The notes: generated by a model not told the origin, from the letters alone. A DNA stretch of 64,000 nucleotides from Hemiscyllium ocellatum (GCF_020745735.1 NC_083430.1:35020909-35084908); one strand, 5' to 3'. Counted from the first letter of the stretch, positions 47,389-60,399 are shown. Program-made: numbers and translations.

Positions 47389-48740
47389 GGAAACAGTCAT
47401 AGGGTTACAGATAGAGGGAACATGGGTAAACAGTTCAGTCCTCACTGCTTACAGGATGGTTTGTGTCCTTTTGGAATGCTACTTCTCGGTCTTCCATTTA
47501 CCAGATTCTTCCACCGGTTTGCAAGAGGCAGAGGGTGGCTAATTCAATGATTAAAAAGGTCTCTAACTTACTGACCAAAAGTCATCACTTACAGCAACTG
47601 CTGAACAAAAGATAAATGGTTTAAAATAGGTTTTACTGTTCTGTTGAACACTCCTGAGATGGTGTGATCTGAATAATTTCTCTAAGCTGTTCAGCTACCT
47701 GAGAACCAGCCACACAATTGTTGGCAGGCAAAAGATTTTTATCATTTGTAACTGGTCACTAGTCTGCAAATTGATCCAATACTTGTTAGGAACACAACCC
47801 CTCAGCTCCACCTTGTCTGCAGCCATTGCTGTAACAAGCAGCTGTGCAAACAATGCTCACAATGAGTATCATGTTACTTGCTTTCAAACCATGCAGCAGT
47901 CCTTGCAATTCCTGGTTTTAAGACAGTTCTTTTCACATTTCAGTCCACAATTAAAACATACAAAAATAAAACGACACATTGTTTGCACCTTTCAACTGCT
48001 AACTGTTTTCCACAACAATGGCCAGTTTCTGTACTATGCAGTTTTATTCAATGCAAACTATTATATTAAAATAAAGGTGCTGCCTGTTTTAGACAGGAAT
48101 TTATCAGACCAAGGATCTTGTCATCTGCAAACTTTGAAATCATGCCCTGTTCATCAAATCTGCATCATTAATATGCAAGATCTTTAATTAAGTAATTCCT
48201 CTAGCCTTCTAAATTCCAGTGAATATAACCTAGTTTGTTCAAGAGCTCCTTACTATTTAATCTTTAAAGTCCTGATATTCTTCGGTGGTTAGCAACTCAC
48301 CTCCTCACTCCCAAAAGTCTGTCCACCATCTCCAAGGCACAAGTCAGGAGTGTGATGGAATACTTTCCACTGCAAAGTTTGTGTAAATATTTGAACCTCG
48401 GGTGCTGATTACTTTCCATTTGATTGGATGAGTCTGGCTACGACAACACTCAAGAAGCTTGACATCTTGCAGAACAAAGCCGCCACTTGTTTGGCATTGC
48501 ATCCACTATCTTGAATGTTCACTCCTATGCACTGAGACCATTTGGAATATGCACAGCACCAACTCCTTGTTGCTATGATGACACCTGCCAAATCTGTAAT
48601 CCCTCACACATAAATGGACAAGGGCCGTAGATACAGTGAAATACTTTAAGCTGCAATTTCTTCTCCAAACCACCTTCCAACCTGATTTGGAATTATACCA
48701 CCATTCCCTCACTATCAATGGATCAAATTCCATTCCTAAC

Positions 48741-50522
48741 AAGTCGCTAAGAGAAGCGAGAAGGGGACATGAAAAGTCTTTAGCTGGTAGGATTAGGGAA
48801 AACCCAAAGGCTTTCTATAGATATGTCAAGAATAAAAGGATGACTAGGGTAGGTATCGGTCCAGTCAAGGATAGTAGTGGGAAGTTGTGTGTGGAGGCGG
48901 AGGAGATTGGAGAGACATTAAATCAGTACTTTTCCTCAGTATTCACTCAGGAACAGGACACTGTTGCTGATGTGAATATGGAATCACAAATAATTAGAAT
49001 GGATGCCCTGGAAATATGCAGGGAAGAGGTTTTGGGAATATTGGAAAGGATGAATATAGATAAGTCTCCTGGGCCTGATGGCATTTACCCCAGGATCCTA
49101 TGGGAAGCTAGGGAGGAGATAGCAGAGCCATTGGCCTGGATTTTTATGTCGTCGTTGTCAACAGGAATAGTACCAGAGGACTGGAGGATAGCGAATGTGG
49201 TCCCATTGTTCAAGAAAGGGAGTAGGGATAGCCCTAGCAACTATAGGCCAGTGAGTCTGACTTCAGTGGTGGGCAAAGTCTTAGAGAGAATGGTAAGGGA
49301 TAAGATTTATGAACATCTGGGTAGGAATAACGTGATCAGGGATAGCCAGCATGGTTTTGTGAAGGGCAGGTCGTGCCTCACAAACCTTATTGAGTTCTTT
49401 GAGAAGGTGACCAAGGAAGTGGATGAGGGTAAAGCAGTAGATGTTGTGTATATGGATTTTAGTAAGGCGTTCGATAAGGTTCCCCATGGTAGGCTAATGC
49501 TAAAACTTCGGAGGTATGGCATTGAGGATACATTAGAGGTTTGGATTAGGAATTGGCTGGCTGGAAGGAGACAGAGGGTAGTAGTTGATGGATTATGTTC
49601 ATCTTGGAGCGCAGTTACTAGCGGTGTACCACAAGGATCTGTTTTGGGACCATTGCTTTTTGTTATCTTTATAAATGATCTAGAGGAAGGACTTGAAAGC
49701 TGGGTAAGCAAGTTTGCGGATGACACAAAAGTCGGTGGAGTTGTGGATAGTGAGGAAGGAAGTGGTAGGTTACAGCGGGATATAGATAAGTTGCAGAGCT
49801 GGGCGGAAATGTGGCAAATGGAATTCAATGTAGCTAAGTGCGAAGTCGTTCACTTTGGTAGGAATAACAAGATGATGGATTACTGGGCTAATGGTAGGCT
49901 ACTTGGTAGTGTGGATGAGCAGAGGGATCTTGGTGTCCATGTACACAGATCTCTGAAAGTTGCCACCCAGGTAAATAGTGCTGTGAGGAAGGCATATGGT
50001 GTACTGGGCTTTATTGGCAGAGGAATTGAGTTCCGGAGTCCTGAGGTCATGTTGCAGTTGTATAAGACTCTGGTGCGGCCTCATCTGGAGTATTGTGTGC
50101 AGTTTTGGTCGCCATACTATAGGAAGGATGTGGAAGCTTTAGAACGAGTGCAGAGGAGGTTTACCAGGATGTTGCCTGGAATGGTAGGAAAATCTTATGA
50201 GGAAAGGCTGAGGCACTTGGGGCTGTTCTCATTGGAGAAGAGAAGGTTTAGGGGAGATCTGATAGAAGTGTATAAGATGATTAGGGGTTTAGATAGGGTA
50301 GATACTAAGAACCTTTTACCGCTAATGGAGTCAGGTGTTACTAGGGGACATAGCTTTAAATTAAGGGGTGGTAGGTATAGGACAGATGTTAGGGGTAGAT
50401 TCTTCACACAGCGGGTTGTGAGTTCATGGAATGCCCTGCCCGTATCAGTGGTGAACTCTCCTTCTTTATGGTCATTTAAGCGGGCACTGGATAGGCATTT
50501 GGAAGTTATTGGGCTAGTATAG
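48741..50522 (+). CDS. CR1 ORF2 reverse transcriptase domain (no endonuclease, no native start)
   Basis: KSPGPDGIYP, NYRPVSLTS, QHGFVKGRSC, DFSKAFD, GVPQGSVLGPLLF, FADD (49713-49724), RPHLEYCVQFWSP; ~590 codons with no stop. Confidence 0.9.
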   Translation, partial: KSLREARRGHEKSLAGRIRENPKAFYRYVKNKRMTRVGIGPVKDSSGKLCVEAEEIGETLNQYFSSVFTQEQDTVADVNMESQIIRMDALEICREEVLGILERMNIDKSPGPDGIYPRILWEAREEIAEPLAWIFMSSLSTGIVPEDWRIANVVPLFKKGSRDSPSNYRPVSLTSVVGKVLERMVRDKIYEHLGRNNVIRDSQHGFVKGRSCLTNLIEFFEKVTKEVDEGKAVDVVYMDFSKAFDKVPHGRLMLKLRRYGIEDTLEVWIRNWLAGRRQRVVVDGLCSSWSAVTSGVPQGSVLGPLLFVIFINDLEEGLESWVSKFADDTKVGGVVDSEEGSGRLQRDIDKLQSWAEMWQMEFNVAKCEVVHFGRNNKMMDYWANGRLLGSVDEQRDLGVHVHRSLKVATQVNSAVRKAYGVLGFIGRGIEFRSPEVMLQLYKTLVRPHLEYCVQFWSPYYRKDVEALERVQRRFTRMLPGMVGKSYEERLRHLGLFSLEKRRFRGDLIEVYKMIRGLDRVDTKNLLPLMESGVTRGHSFKLRGGRYRTDVRGRFFTQRVVSSWNALPVSVVNSPSLWSFKRALDRHLEVIGLV

Positions 50523-50604
50523 GTTAGGTAGGATTCGGTCGGCGCAACATCGAGGGCCGAAGGGCCTGTACTGCGCTGTATCCTTCTATGTTCTATGTTC
50601 TATG
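48741..50604 (+). mobile_element. Young 5'-truncated CR1 LINE
   Basis: Uninterrupted ORF2 fragment, short 3' UTR and (ttctatg)3 tail. Confidence 0.97.
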
Positions 50605-51078
50605 TAAGTTGTGTGTGTAACCCACATCACAGGGACTGCAGCTGCTCAGTTTGGAATGGATGATAATGTATGGCCTAGCTAGCATCACACACACCTCATG
50701 GATGTATTAAAAAAGAGTTACACACCACTTCCTCTAATACCACATATCATTCTTAAAATATGCTTCCCAGAACTGTTCACATTGCTCCAAAACAGTCTCG
50801 TAAGGAATATGTTACATGGTTGTTGATGAGAATACAAATGGCACTTTCCAAATGTTTACCAGTTTCCCTCCTTCTGATCGACCAGATCATAAAACTCAAA
50901 CTTGATATTACATGATTGTCAATTTCCCATTTATCCCTCTTTACATAGACTGATACTGAGGGATGGGATAATATTCAGACTGTCATTCCTGCAGTAGTGT
51001 TTTGAAAGCATGGATGGTGAGAAACTTGCAAGTGTTTTCTTTTTCCCTTAAGTTTGTAATCGTTTAACTTTTCAAGTG

Positions 51079-51291
51079 CAGGTTGTTCTGCTATGATGTG
51101 CATCTTGTCAGCACAAATTGACTATAATGTGATCGATGAATTGTGGATGTTGTTTGGATAGCAGAAACTTTCTGCTAAACAGGTTTGGCAATTTTCTATC
51201 GCGATCTTCTACAATGTGATTATGTATTGCAGTTTTCCATAGTGCGAAGTTGCAGAGAAACACAACTGTCACATTATAGCAGAACGATCTC
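51079..51291. mobile_element. Tigger-like MITE
   Basis: Imperfect TIRs caggttgttctgctatgatgtg and cacattatagcagaacgatctc, followed by TA. Confidence 0.6.
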
Positions 51292-51477
51292 TATACTTAT
51301 TTCCATTCTGAGAAATTCATTGAATCTGCTTGTACTACATTTTCAGGATACATTTTCCAGACCATAATTGATTGTGTGAAAAAAAATCATTATCGCTCCC
51401 TTAGTTCATTTGCCAATCAACTCAAATCTGTGCCCTTTGGTTGTTGACTGTCCAAAGAATGAAAACAGAGCTTCCTT

Positions 51478-51940
51478 AAGTTTGCTCGCTGCACTGGAAG
51501 GATTGTTTTCAGAAGCTTCGTCACCATGCTAGGTAACATCATCAGTGAGCCTCCAGTGAAGTGCTGGTGTTATGATTATTTATGTGTCTTGGTCTCTGAA
51601 AGTGGGTTTCTGGTTCTTTTTCTCAGAGATTGGTAGATGGGGTCCAAATCGATGTTGATGGAGTTCCGGTTAGAATGGAAGGCCTCTAGGAATTCCCATG
51701 CATGTCTCTGTTTAGCTTGTCCCAGGATGGATGTGTTGTCCCAGATGATGTGGTGTTCTTTTTCATCTGTATGTAAGGATACTAGTGACAGTGGGTCATG
51801 TCTTTTTGTGGCTAGTTGGTGATGGTGTATCCTGGTGGCTTGTTTTCTGCTGCCTGTCCAACATAATGTTTGTTACAGTCCTTGTGGGGTATTTTGTAAA
51901 TAACACTTGTTTTGCTGGTTTTTGTATAGGTCCTTTAGGT
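51478..51940 (-). mobile_element. PLE family D 3' fragment (GIY-YIG plus decayed hammerhead at ~51508-51549)
   Basis: Minus strand VIYKIPHKDCNKHYVGQ...HQLATKRHDPLSLVS...EFLEAFHS...SINIDLDPIY; then tca CTGATGA t gttacc tagcat ggtgac GAAg cttc tga. Confidence 0.8.
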
Positions 51941-52944
51941 CCCTAACCCTAACCTTATCGCATGTTGGTAACAATTATGCATCTAGAGCTCTATAGATTT
52001 TGTTATGAAGCATCAGTATTACATGCTTGCTTTGCACTATATACCTTAGTTTATTAAGCCAATGATCACTTTTTTGTTGAAAGAGGCTTTTCAGCTCATC
52101 CAGCCATCTTTTTCTACTGTTTTTGTCCCTGGTGTCCCACACTATCAGAGTAAACTCTTCATCTTGTTTCCTTCCAAAATAGCAAGCTCTCACAGCACAG
52201 AAGGCCATTCATTCCACAGTGTCCGTGCTGGCATTTTAATAGAGTCATCTAATATTAATATTGTTACCTTGTGCTCTCTCTATTCCTTCACTGCATCAAA
52301 TATTTATCCAACTTTCCCTTAAAAGAGGAAATGATTAACCACTCTCTGTTCCAAAGAATTCATGCTCCAACAATCCTCTATGTAAAAACATATCCCTTGA
52401 GCCCTCTCCTCGTTCTCTTTGTGTGAGTTTGAAATTGACAGCCTTTCAACACTGACTCCCCAACCAGAGAAAATAGCCTTTCTTTGCTCACTCTATCAAA
52501 GCCTCTCAAAACCGAGCAAATCTCAATTAAATCTCCTCAGCCTTTTTTGCTTAAACAAACAGAAAGACTCTCCACATCTCAAGACTCTCTTCCTATTAAT
52601 GACAGCAATAAGGCTCAAAAATGTATGTAATGAAACCAGTTCCATTATCCATCATCTTGGGCTAGATAATATATTTAATGAGATGCTAACTTCTGAGTTC
52701 TCAACAAATGATTCAACCCTCAGGGTTTTAGAAGTGTTTTCTATTGAATATATATTAAAAAAATCACTGAAAGTGAAGGATCATTTTGAAACAATCTTTA
52801 ATGGAACTGAATTTTATGTCAGATTTTCAATTTTCATCAAAATATGTAGAAATAGTTTATATTGAAAGGTGGAATACTGTGTGCATATATTATTTTATAT
52901 CAAAAAGGTAATGTATGATTCCAGAGAACTGTATCAATGCGAAC

Positions 52945-54930
52945 TGTGAGTAGACTGGTAAGCCAGAGACCTGGTCTAATGATCTAGAGTCAGTTGGGTG
53001 GCAAGTTGGCTCAGTGTGTCAGGGACCCAGATTCAATCCAACCTTGGGTGCATGTCTGTGCAGAGTTTGCACAATCTCCCTGTGTCTGTACAGATTTCCA
53101 TCGGGTGTTCTGGTTTTGTCCCATGGTCCAACAATGTGCAATTTAGGTAGATTGCCCATAGTGTCCAGGGATGTGTAGGTTAGCTGCATTAACCACGAGA
53201 AATGCAAGTTTGCAGAGATGGGTCTGGGTAGGATGCTCTTTGGAGGGTCAGTGTGGACTTGGTGGGCTGAATGGTCTGTTTCCACACTGCAGAGATTCTA
53301 TGATTTGAATAGGAGTTCAAATTTCATTACGATAGCTGAGGAATTTGCATTCCGTTTGCTCAATTATTCAGAAATAAAAAAAAACTGGTATCAGTAATGA
53401 TGACCATGAAAGCGATACGAGTTTACAGTTTTAAAAACTCGTTTGGTTCACAATTAATCTGTATGAAGGGAAATCCAACAGTTTTACACAGCCCAGAGGT
53501 AATGTCTCTCCAAGCCAAAGTAATGTAGTTGACTCTAGGCTTCCTACTGAAAGAGTTTAGCAAGCCATGCAGATTTCTTAAAGGCACTACAGAAGTGAAA
53601 TAAGAAAACAAAAGGGGTCACCTGGCATTGACAGATGCGTAGAATATTATAGAGACAAACCCAGCTCAGTTGACTGTGCAAAGTCTTTCCCACTAACGTC
53701 TGGGGTTTGCATCCATTTTGGGTGAAGTGACCCACCAATTAGCTAAGCAATAACATGACATAGTCATGCTCACAGAATTACAGTTTATAACCAATATTCC
53801 AAACTCCTGGACCAGCATTCCTACACACACCCAGCAGAGCTAACAACACAGTGGAATACAGTCAGAGGGGAGTGACAGTAGGAGTCCTCAACAACAATTC
53901 TGGTTTCATGGCACAGATGAAACATGGACAATGTAAACTCCTGTTCTTCCTCAGTTGATGAATCCATACACACCCATGTTGAATTATTAAGAGTTACAAG
54001 AGTACAGGGACCAAGTCCATCAAAGACACTAAATCCTGAATAACATAACTGGAAGTCTGGACTGCGGTAGGTACTGAGAGAACCTACACAAGTGGAAGAC
54101 CTACTTAACCTCATCTCCGCCAGCCTATCACACACAGACACAGCAATTCATGACTGTGTCAGGAGGAGTGACCACTTCACAGTGTTCATACCTTATTTTG
54201 TTGGGTGGTTTCACCATTGGTCAAAATTGGAAAGATTCAAAAGGCCAGAAGGTCAAAACTGGGTATCTATCAGGATGCTGCATACAGTTAGTAGCAGCAG
54301 TGAATTCTTTCCATCACAATTTATAACCCTGTGGCATGGCATATCCCTCATTCCACCACTGCCATTAAGCCAAGGGACCAGCCTGGTTCAATGAAAAGTG
54401 ACCAACTGCATGCCAGCAGCAGGACCAGGCATATCAAAAATGCAATGGCGATCACTTTAGTCTACCCATAACCACAGATCCACTCTGTCATCCTGCCACA
54501 CTCTATTATGAAGGTTAACAGACAATTAGCCAATTAACAAGAGGATGCAGTGCCATGAATATTTCCGCCATCAGTATGGGTGCAAAAGGCAGCATTAAAG
54601 CAATTACAACTATTTTCAGTGAAAATGACAAGTGGACCTCAGACTTCTCCCGATGAGCTCGCCGCCACAGGTGCCATTCTTCAGCCAATTGATTTCACTC
54701 CACATGATAAGGAAATGACCGAGCTCACTGAATATGATTCAGGCTTTGTGTCTGGAAACATCCAGATTGTAGAGCTGAAGACTTGTGCTCCAGAACTAGT
54801 CTCTAGCCAAGCTCCTCCAGTACAACTCCAATGTTCTATCTACCCAACAAAGTGACAAACTTCCCAATTAGGCCCAGTACAAAAAAAGCAAATCAAATCC
54901 AACCTGGCAATGGCTTCCTCAGCCAGTGAA
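52945..54930 (+). mobile_element. Decayed 5' portion of a LINE with a tRNA/SINE-like head and APE-endonuclease remnants
   Basis: The head matches the stand-alone elements at 30650 and 41775; downstream remnants read NVWG...DIVMLTE, LLNLI, SDHFTV, LKTCAPEL. Confidence 0.55.
52996..53304 (+). mobile_element. V-SINE (HE1-like) nested in the LINE head
   Basis: Homologous to 2708-3018. Confidence 0.8.
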
Positions 54931-55077
54931 TGAATGATGACCACAATGCCATGAATGCTCTTCCCAAAAACAAGATCTGGGCTCACTCCTACTGATGCTT
55001 CATCTTGTTTCTATTGACATTTTTTGTCAGTGATGGTTTGTCATTTCTTTTCATTCTTAGGGGCAGAGAAAAAAAAC

Positions 55078-55781
55078 TGTGCATGTTCATAACTTCTTGA
55101 AAGTGGAGTTGCAGGTAGATGGGATAGTGAAGAAGGCATTTGGCATGCTTTCCTTTATCGGTCAGAGTACCAAGTACAGGAGTTGGGAGGTCATGTTGCG
55201 GCTGTACAGCACATTGGTTAGACCACAGTGCAATATTGTGTGCAATTCTGGTCTCCTTCCTATCAGGAAGATGTTGTGAAATTTGAAAGGGTTCAGAAAA
55301 GATTTACAAGGATGTTGCCAGGGTTGGAGGATTTGAGCTATAGGGAGAGGCTGAACAGGCGGGACCTGTTTTGTCTGGAGCGTTGGAGGCTGAGGGGTGA
55401 CCTTATAGAGGTTTACAAAATTATGAGGGGCATGGATAGGATAAACAGACAAAGTCTTTTCTCTGGGGTGGGGGTGTCCAGAAATGGAGGGTATAGGTTT
55501 AGGGTGAAAGGGGAAAGATTTAAAAGAGATCTACGGAGCAACTTTTCCACGCAGAGGGTGGTATGTGTATGGAATGAGCTGCCAGGGTAAGTGGTGGAAG
55601 CTGGTACAATTGTAACAATCAAAAGGCATTTGGATGAGTATATGAATGGAAGGGTTTGGAGGGATATGGGCCGGGTGCTGGCAGGTGGGACTAGTTTGGA
55701 TTGGGATATCTGGTCGGCATGGATGAGTTGGACTGAAGGATCTGTTTCTGTGCTGTACATCTCTATGACTCTATGACTCTA
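55078..55781 (+). mobile_element. CR1 LINE 3' fragment
   Basis: YCVQFWSPSY...FERVQKRFTRMLPGL; (tctatgac)n tail. Confidence 0.93.
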
Positions 55782-56174
55782 ATTCTAGATGGATGTCTCC
55801 TGTAGCCAGCAAGTACTGAAGTAGAACTTGAACTGAGAGCTTCAGGCTCAGAGATAGTTATGCATTATGCAACAAGACCTCTGATTGATGAGGAGTTAAG
55901 TCCCACGTCTACTTCAGCTGGAGTGGGAATCCATCCCACACTGTTGATTTTATTCTACACCACAAAGTTGCTAACTGGCCCCTGTTGACCATAATGATGT
56001 TGATAAAATGGACAAAAGTTTGCTATAGAGCTGAATAATCCTTTTGGTTCTGATCCTGATCATAAGTGATGCACTATCCACCGAGAGAGATCAGAGAGAA
56101 AGATGGTCCAGCCATTTCTTTCTATTTAAATTGCACCTCTATTGTTACAGTAAGCTACCACTAGACAGTTGAGA

Positions 56175-57010
56175 CGAACAACAAAAACATGCATTTATAT
56201 AGATTTTTAATGCAGTTAAATATTTCAAGGTATTTTTGGCAGAATAGAATACCATTCAGCACAGGTAGATACTAGGATAGGTGAGCAAATATTTTGTGAA
56301 GTTTGTAGGTTTTAAAAAGAGTCTTAAAGGAAGTCAGGGAGGCAGAAGATCATAGGGGTTTAGGAAGGAAAGGCAGAGCTTAAAGCGAAGATACTGGAAA
56401 TCCTAACCCTAATGAATTGTGGAAATAATGAAAACCTTTTTTGCAGTAGTGAACAGAACAGAAGAAGCATACAGACCCGAGAGTGTTGTGAAGTTGGGGA
56501 AGGCTGAGGAGATTGGGAGGGATGAGAATATTGATGAATTTCAAAACAAGAATCAGCAAAACAAAATTAATCCCCCCATCATTCAACCAGGCTAAGGTGG
56601 GTCAGCAATCACAAGGGTAAACAGGACTTAGTGTGATTTATAAGGTCACACCTCAGCCTCCAATGCTCCAGACAAAACAGGCCCAGCCTGTTCAGCCTCT
56701 TCCTATTGCCATGCTGCTTAGTGTGACTTAGTGTAGGATAGATACAGTAGATTTTGAATGACTTCAAGATTACTAAGAAAGATGGGTGACCATTGAGATA
56801 GTCCAGTCTAGAATTGTGCCAAGGATGTGGAGAAGTATTTTGAGAACAATAACCAAGGAAGGGAGCGAAACAGGCAATGTCGTGAAGATAGGAGGAGGTG
56901 ACCATAATGGCCAAAAGGATGTGGGATCAGAAGCTCAGTGACAAATACAAACCCGAGCATGAACTTTCTAATCGACATGAATCCACTCATCATTGGATAA
57001 ACTGGCTGAG
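56175..57010 (-). mobile_element. Decayed L2 LINE 3' part with a ~75 bp CR1 fragment (~56636-56708)
   Basis: Minus-strand SRLDYLNG motif and L2-type tail (taaatgcatgtttttgttgt). Confidence 0.55.
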
Positions 57011-60000
57011 TCACTATAGAAATATTGTATTTTGTTTAAACTAGAGGGGGTTGTGAAGGGCAGAAAGAAATTCAACTTTAAATCTGATATTGTGTGTGGG
57101 TAGAGTTCAGAAATAAGAGCCTTTCTCCTGCTGTTAATTATATATTGTAACAGATCTCGATCCTTGCAAAAAGAGTAAAAGCCTGGAGGTGTGAAAGCAA
57201 GATAGTGAACAAACTATTTAACACATTTCAAGCCATGTTGCTTCATTGTGCTTTAATTTATATCCTTAACATTTTACACCCCTGCCTTTTCAATTTAGGA
57301 ATTTTGACCAAAGTCGTCCTGCCTGCCTCAAGCAGCATGAGGGCCAAGTGTTGATTCTGGTCAAGGTGAGCAATTTACTGGCTTCCAAAGAAATTGAGGA
57401 AAGAAACTAAAAGTAATTTGCATTCTATAGCATGTTGCATAAAGGGATGCTGTACAAGTGCAGGAGAGGGAAAGGAATAGACAGTTATGGTGACAGTATT
57501 AAATAGAGAAAGCTGGAAAAGAAGTCTGTGAAATATTTGAAAGAGTAGGTCTTAATGTGTGTATATACATCTTGGATATTCCATGTAGGATTTTTCTCTG
57601 GACAGGGGCCATGACGGAAATCAGAAATTATTTGTATGAGAAATGATAACCACACACTGACATCCCCCCACTTCACAGCTCAACTAATCAGTGCTTCAAT
57701 GAATTTCATAACAGTAAAATGCATTTTCTGATCTTCTCGATGAGCTATCACTGTAAAAGGTGAAAATATCAAGGTGAATGTACTTTTCTATTTGACTCCC
57801 TCCCACAAACTATCCCCACCCAAGTCATCCAGACTGCTCAACATGGTGACATTCATGGAGTACTGTCTTTCCATTGTAGTCTGTCTGAAGTGTGTCATGA
57901 CTCCTTTTACACATTCAACTCCAATGCTAGGCCTCTGTTATTTTACCATGCTGCTTACATCATCCTGAAATCTACAAATGACAACATCATTATTTACTAT
58001 ATTACCAAAGTTTCATAACTTCCAGAAATATTATAATGTTGCTCTTTGAACCTATGTTTTAATTATCTACTGAAGTTCATTTTATGAATACTGAATCAAA
58101 ATTATGTCAGAGAGATAAGAATCCTACCCTCTTGTAATATGAACAACTTTCAGAGTGGATATCATGTCAGATAGCTTTATTCTATGCTTTAGGCTACTGC
58201 TGCTACTAACATCATTAGGTACTTCTCCTTAATATTTCAAGGTTGTGAAAATTCACATACAGACTTCTAGGTGTTGCTGGTTCCTTATCTTAAAGGAAAG
58301 CTCCTTCAAATCTGTAACATTCTTGATCTACACCTACACATTACAGGCTATTGACTACAGCACCCAGAATGATGCCTTTGACTTTTCTCTTTACATGTTT
58401 CTTTCTAATCTGAGGTTATCTTCTAATTGGATAATGTTAGAGTAAAATGATCAGTTATACTATCACCATTTCCATATTTGATTATAATCCTTCAGATTTT
58501 TCCAAATCCTTTCTGGTACCATCATGACATCACCACTCCTCAGAAGTGTGTGCCTGACGAGATTGATATACAATAATGGATCATTGTACTTTTTTAAATC
58601 TCCAGACCCTACTTTTGCTTTTCTGGCTACCTTCCTACCTTCCACAAACCTAAATTCACCAAAATCTCTGCTGCCCATGACCTAATGCAAACCAAATCCT
58701 GTGCACCCATCATTCTTGTGCTCTTAGAAACCAGGAATCAACATAGATCAAAGTGCTTTGATTCCTAAGTTCTCATTTTCACGTTTTGGAGCCTCTACGA
58801 TACTTACCCCTCCATAACTCTGTAATCTTCTCAGCCATGCGACCCTCTGGGAACCCTGCATTTGTCAGAATCTTCTTCTTTTTGATCTCCTACTTGCTTC
58901 ACTAAAGATCATGCCTTCTGGCTCTAAGATTTGAAATTAAACCTCACTGCCTTGTTACCGAACTTACCAACACTCGTTAAAAATTGCTTCTTGAGCTATG
59001 CCTTTAGACACATCTCCATGTCTCCTTTGTTATTTTTCATCCATTTTACTCCATTTTAAAAGGTGCAAGTTTTTGTTGGTTTTTACAGGAAGACTGTTTG
59101 AATGGACAACAGAAAATTAAATGTGAGAGAATTGTTCATTTCTCCTGTTGTCCAGGACAATTCAAGAAAAATTTGACACAAATGCATTGTTATGGCTCCA
59201 TATGTCTGAGGGCTTCACTAGTGCATTTATTTTCAATTCGTTGCACACCAATAAATATTTTTCAATATATGTGTTTCATTTATGTGATTCATAAAAATTT
59301 CTGTACTTACTTGTAGCCTGTTTGGCTGTCACTAATCATTTTTATTGCTCTGGAGATATATGTTATAAATTGCAGGATGATAGATTTTCCTGAAAGAATG
59401 AGCTAAGTGAGCTCAACAGCCTGCCTGGTGGATGCTTATGTTTTGTGAGAGGGCAAGAAGCTTTTTAGTATTTATTTGCAATTGCATCACATGCAAATAT
59501 CACAGTGACTAGTTTTATGGCAGAGATGGAGAAGTTGGATACCGACAACAAAGAAGCAGCAAGGTGGGAGCAGATGGGACTCTGGTTTAGCAGTTTGTTC
59601 ATGAGATGATCTTGTAGCGATCCTACAGTGCTGTCTAGATTTTGTGTTCAAGTTGCTCGAGTAAGGCTTGAACCCAGAAATTACTTAATTCTGATTGTAG
59701 TCAAGTAGCAAATAAACGCGAATGGCAAATTACTGTGCTTAGACAACTGCTGTTTGCTGATGTGTTGTTGAAATTGTGAGAGCATGACTTATCTTCACTT
59801 TCCTGGAGTCTGGTGAGACCTCTGGTTTTCTGAATAGTAGGACAAATGATCCAATTGATCTTTATCTCTTCAGATTGCTCCCATATGAATGAAATGTCAT
59901 TATATTTGTAATTAAAGGAATAGGTGATGAAGATGTGCATCCTGTTCCCCTTGGTTAGATGCATCAATCAACATTTCAGCACTGCATTCAAGGCATCTGG

Positions 60001-60399
60001 AATTCATCAGTAACTTGTCAAATGATACATCAAAATATCTATGCTAGTGATTCAAAAATTAATCTTCCATTTCACTCAGGCCAATGTGTGTTGCCAATAT
60101 TATAATATAGCAGCTCTCTTAATCTATGTCTGACTGATAGCACATAGTGACAGCACTAAAATAACTATTCAATACGATAAGTCTATGCCAGTATTCATAG
60201 TCCAGATGAGCCTCCTCCCAGTCCTCTTAATCCAACCCTGTTGATATTCACTTCTATCAGTATTGCTTTCTCCTTTCCAAACTTATCTGGTTTCCACTTC
60301 TCCATGTGGTAATATGGTCTACTTTATTACCACTCTCTGGATAAAAAGACAACGTTTTTCCCTGAATCAAGATCACAAAAAGTCAGACTATTTGGTGAT

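Larger units (their letters stand above)
48290..50715 (+). mobile_element. Older LINE 3' fragment (pieces ~48290-48740 and ~50605-50715) hosting a CR1 insertion
   Basis: ctgtccaccatctccaaggcacaagtcaggagtgtgatggaatac...aagaagcttgac...cctaac resumes as tgtgtgtgtaaccc...gggactgcagc after the insert. Confidence 0.7.
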
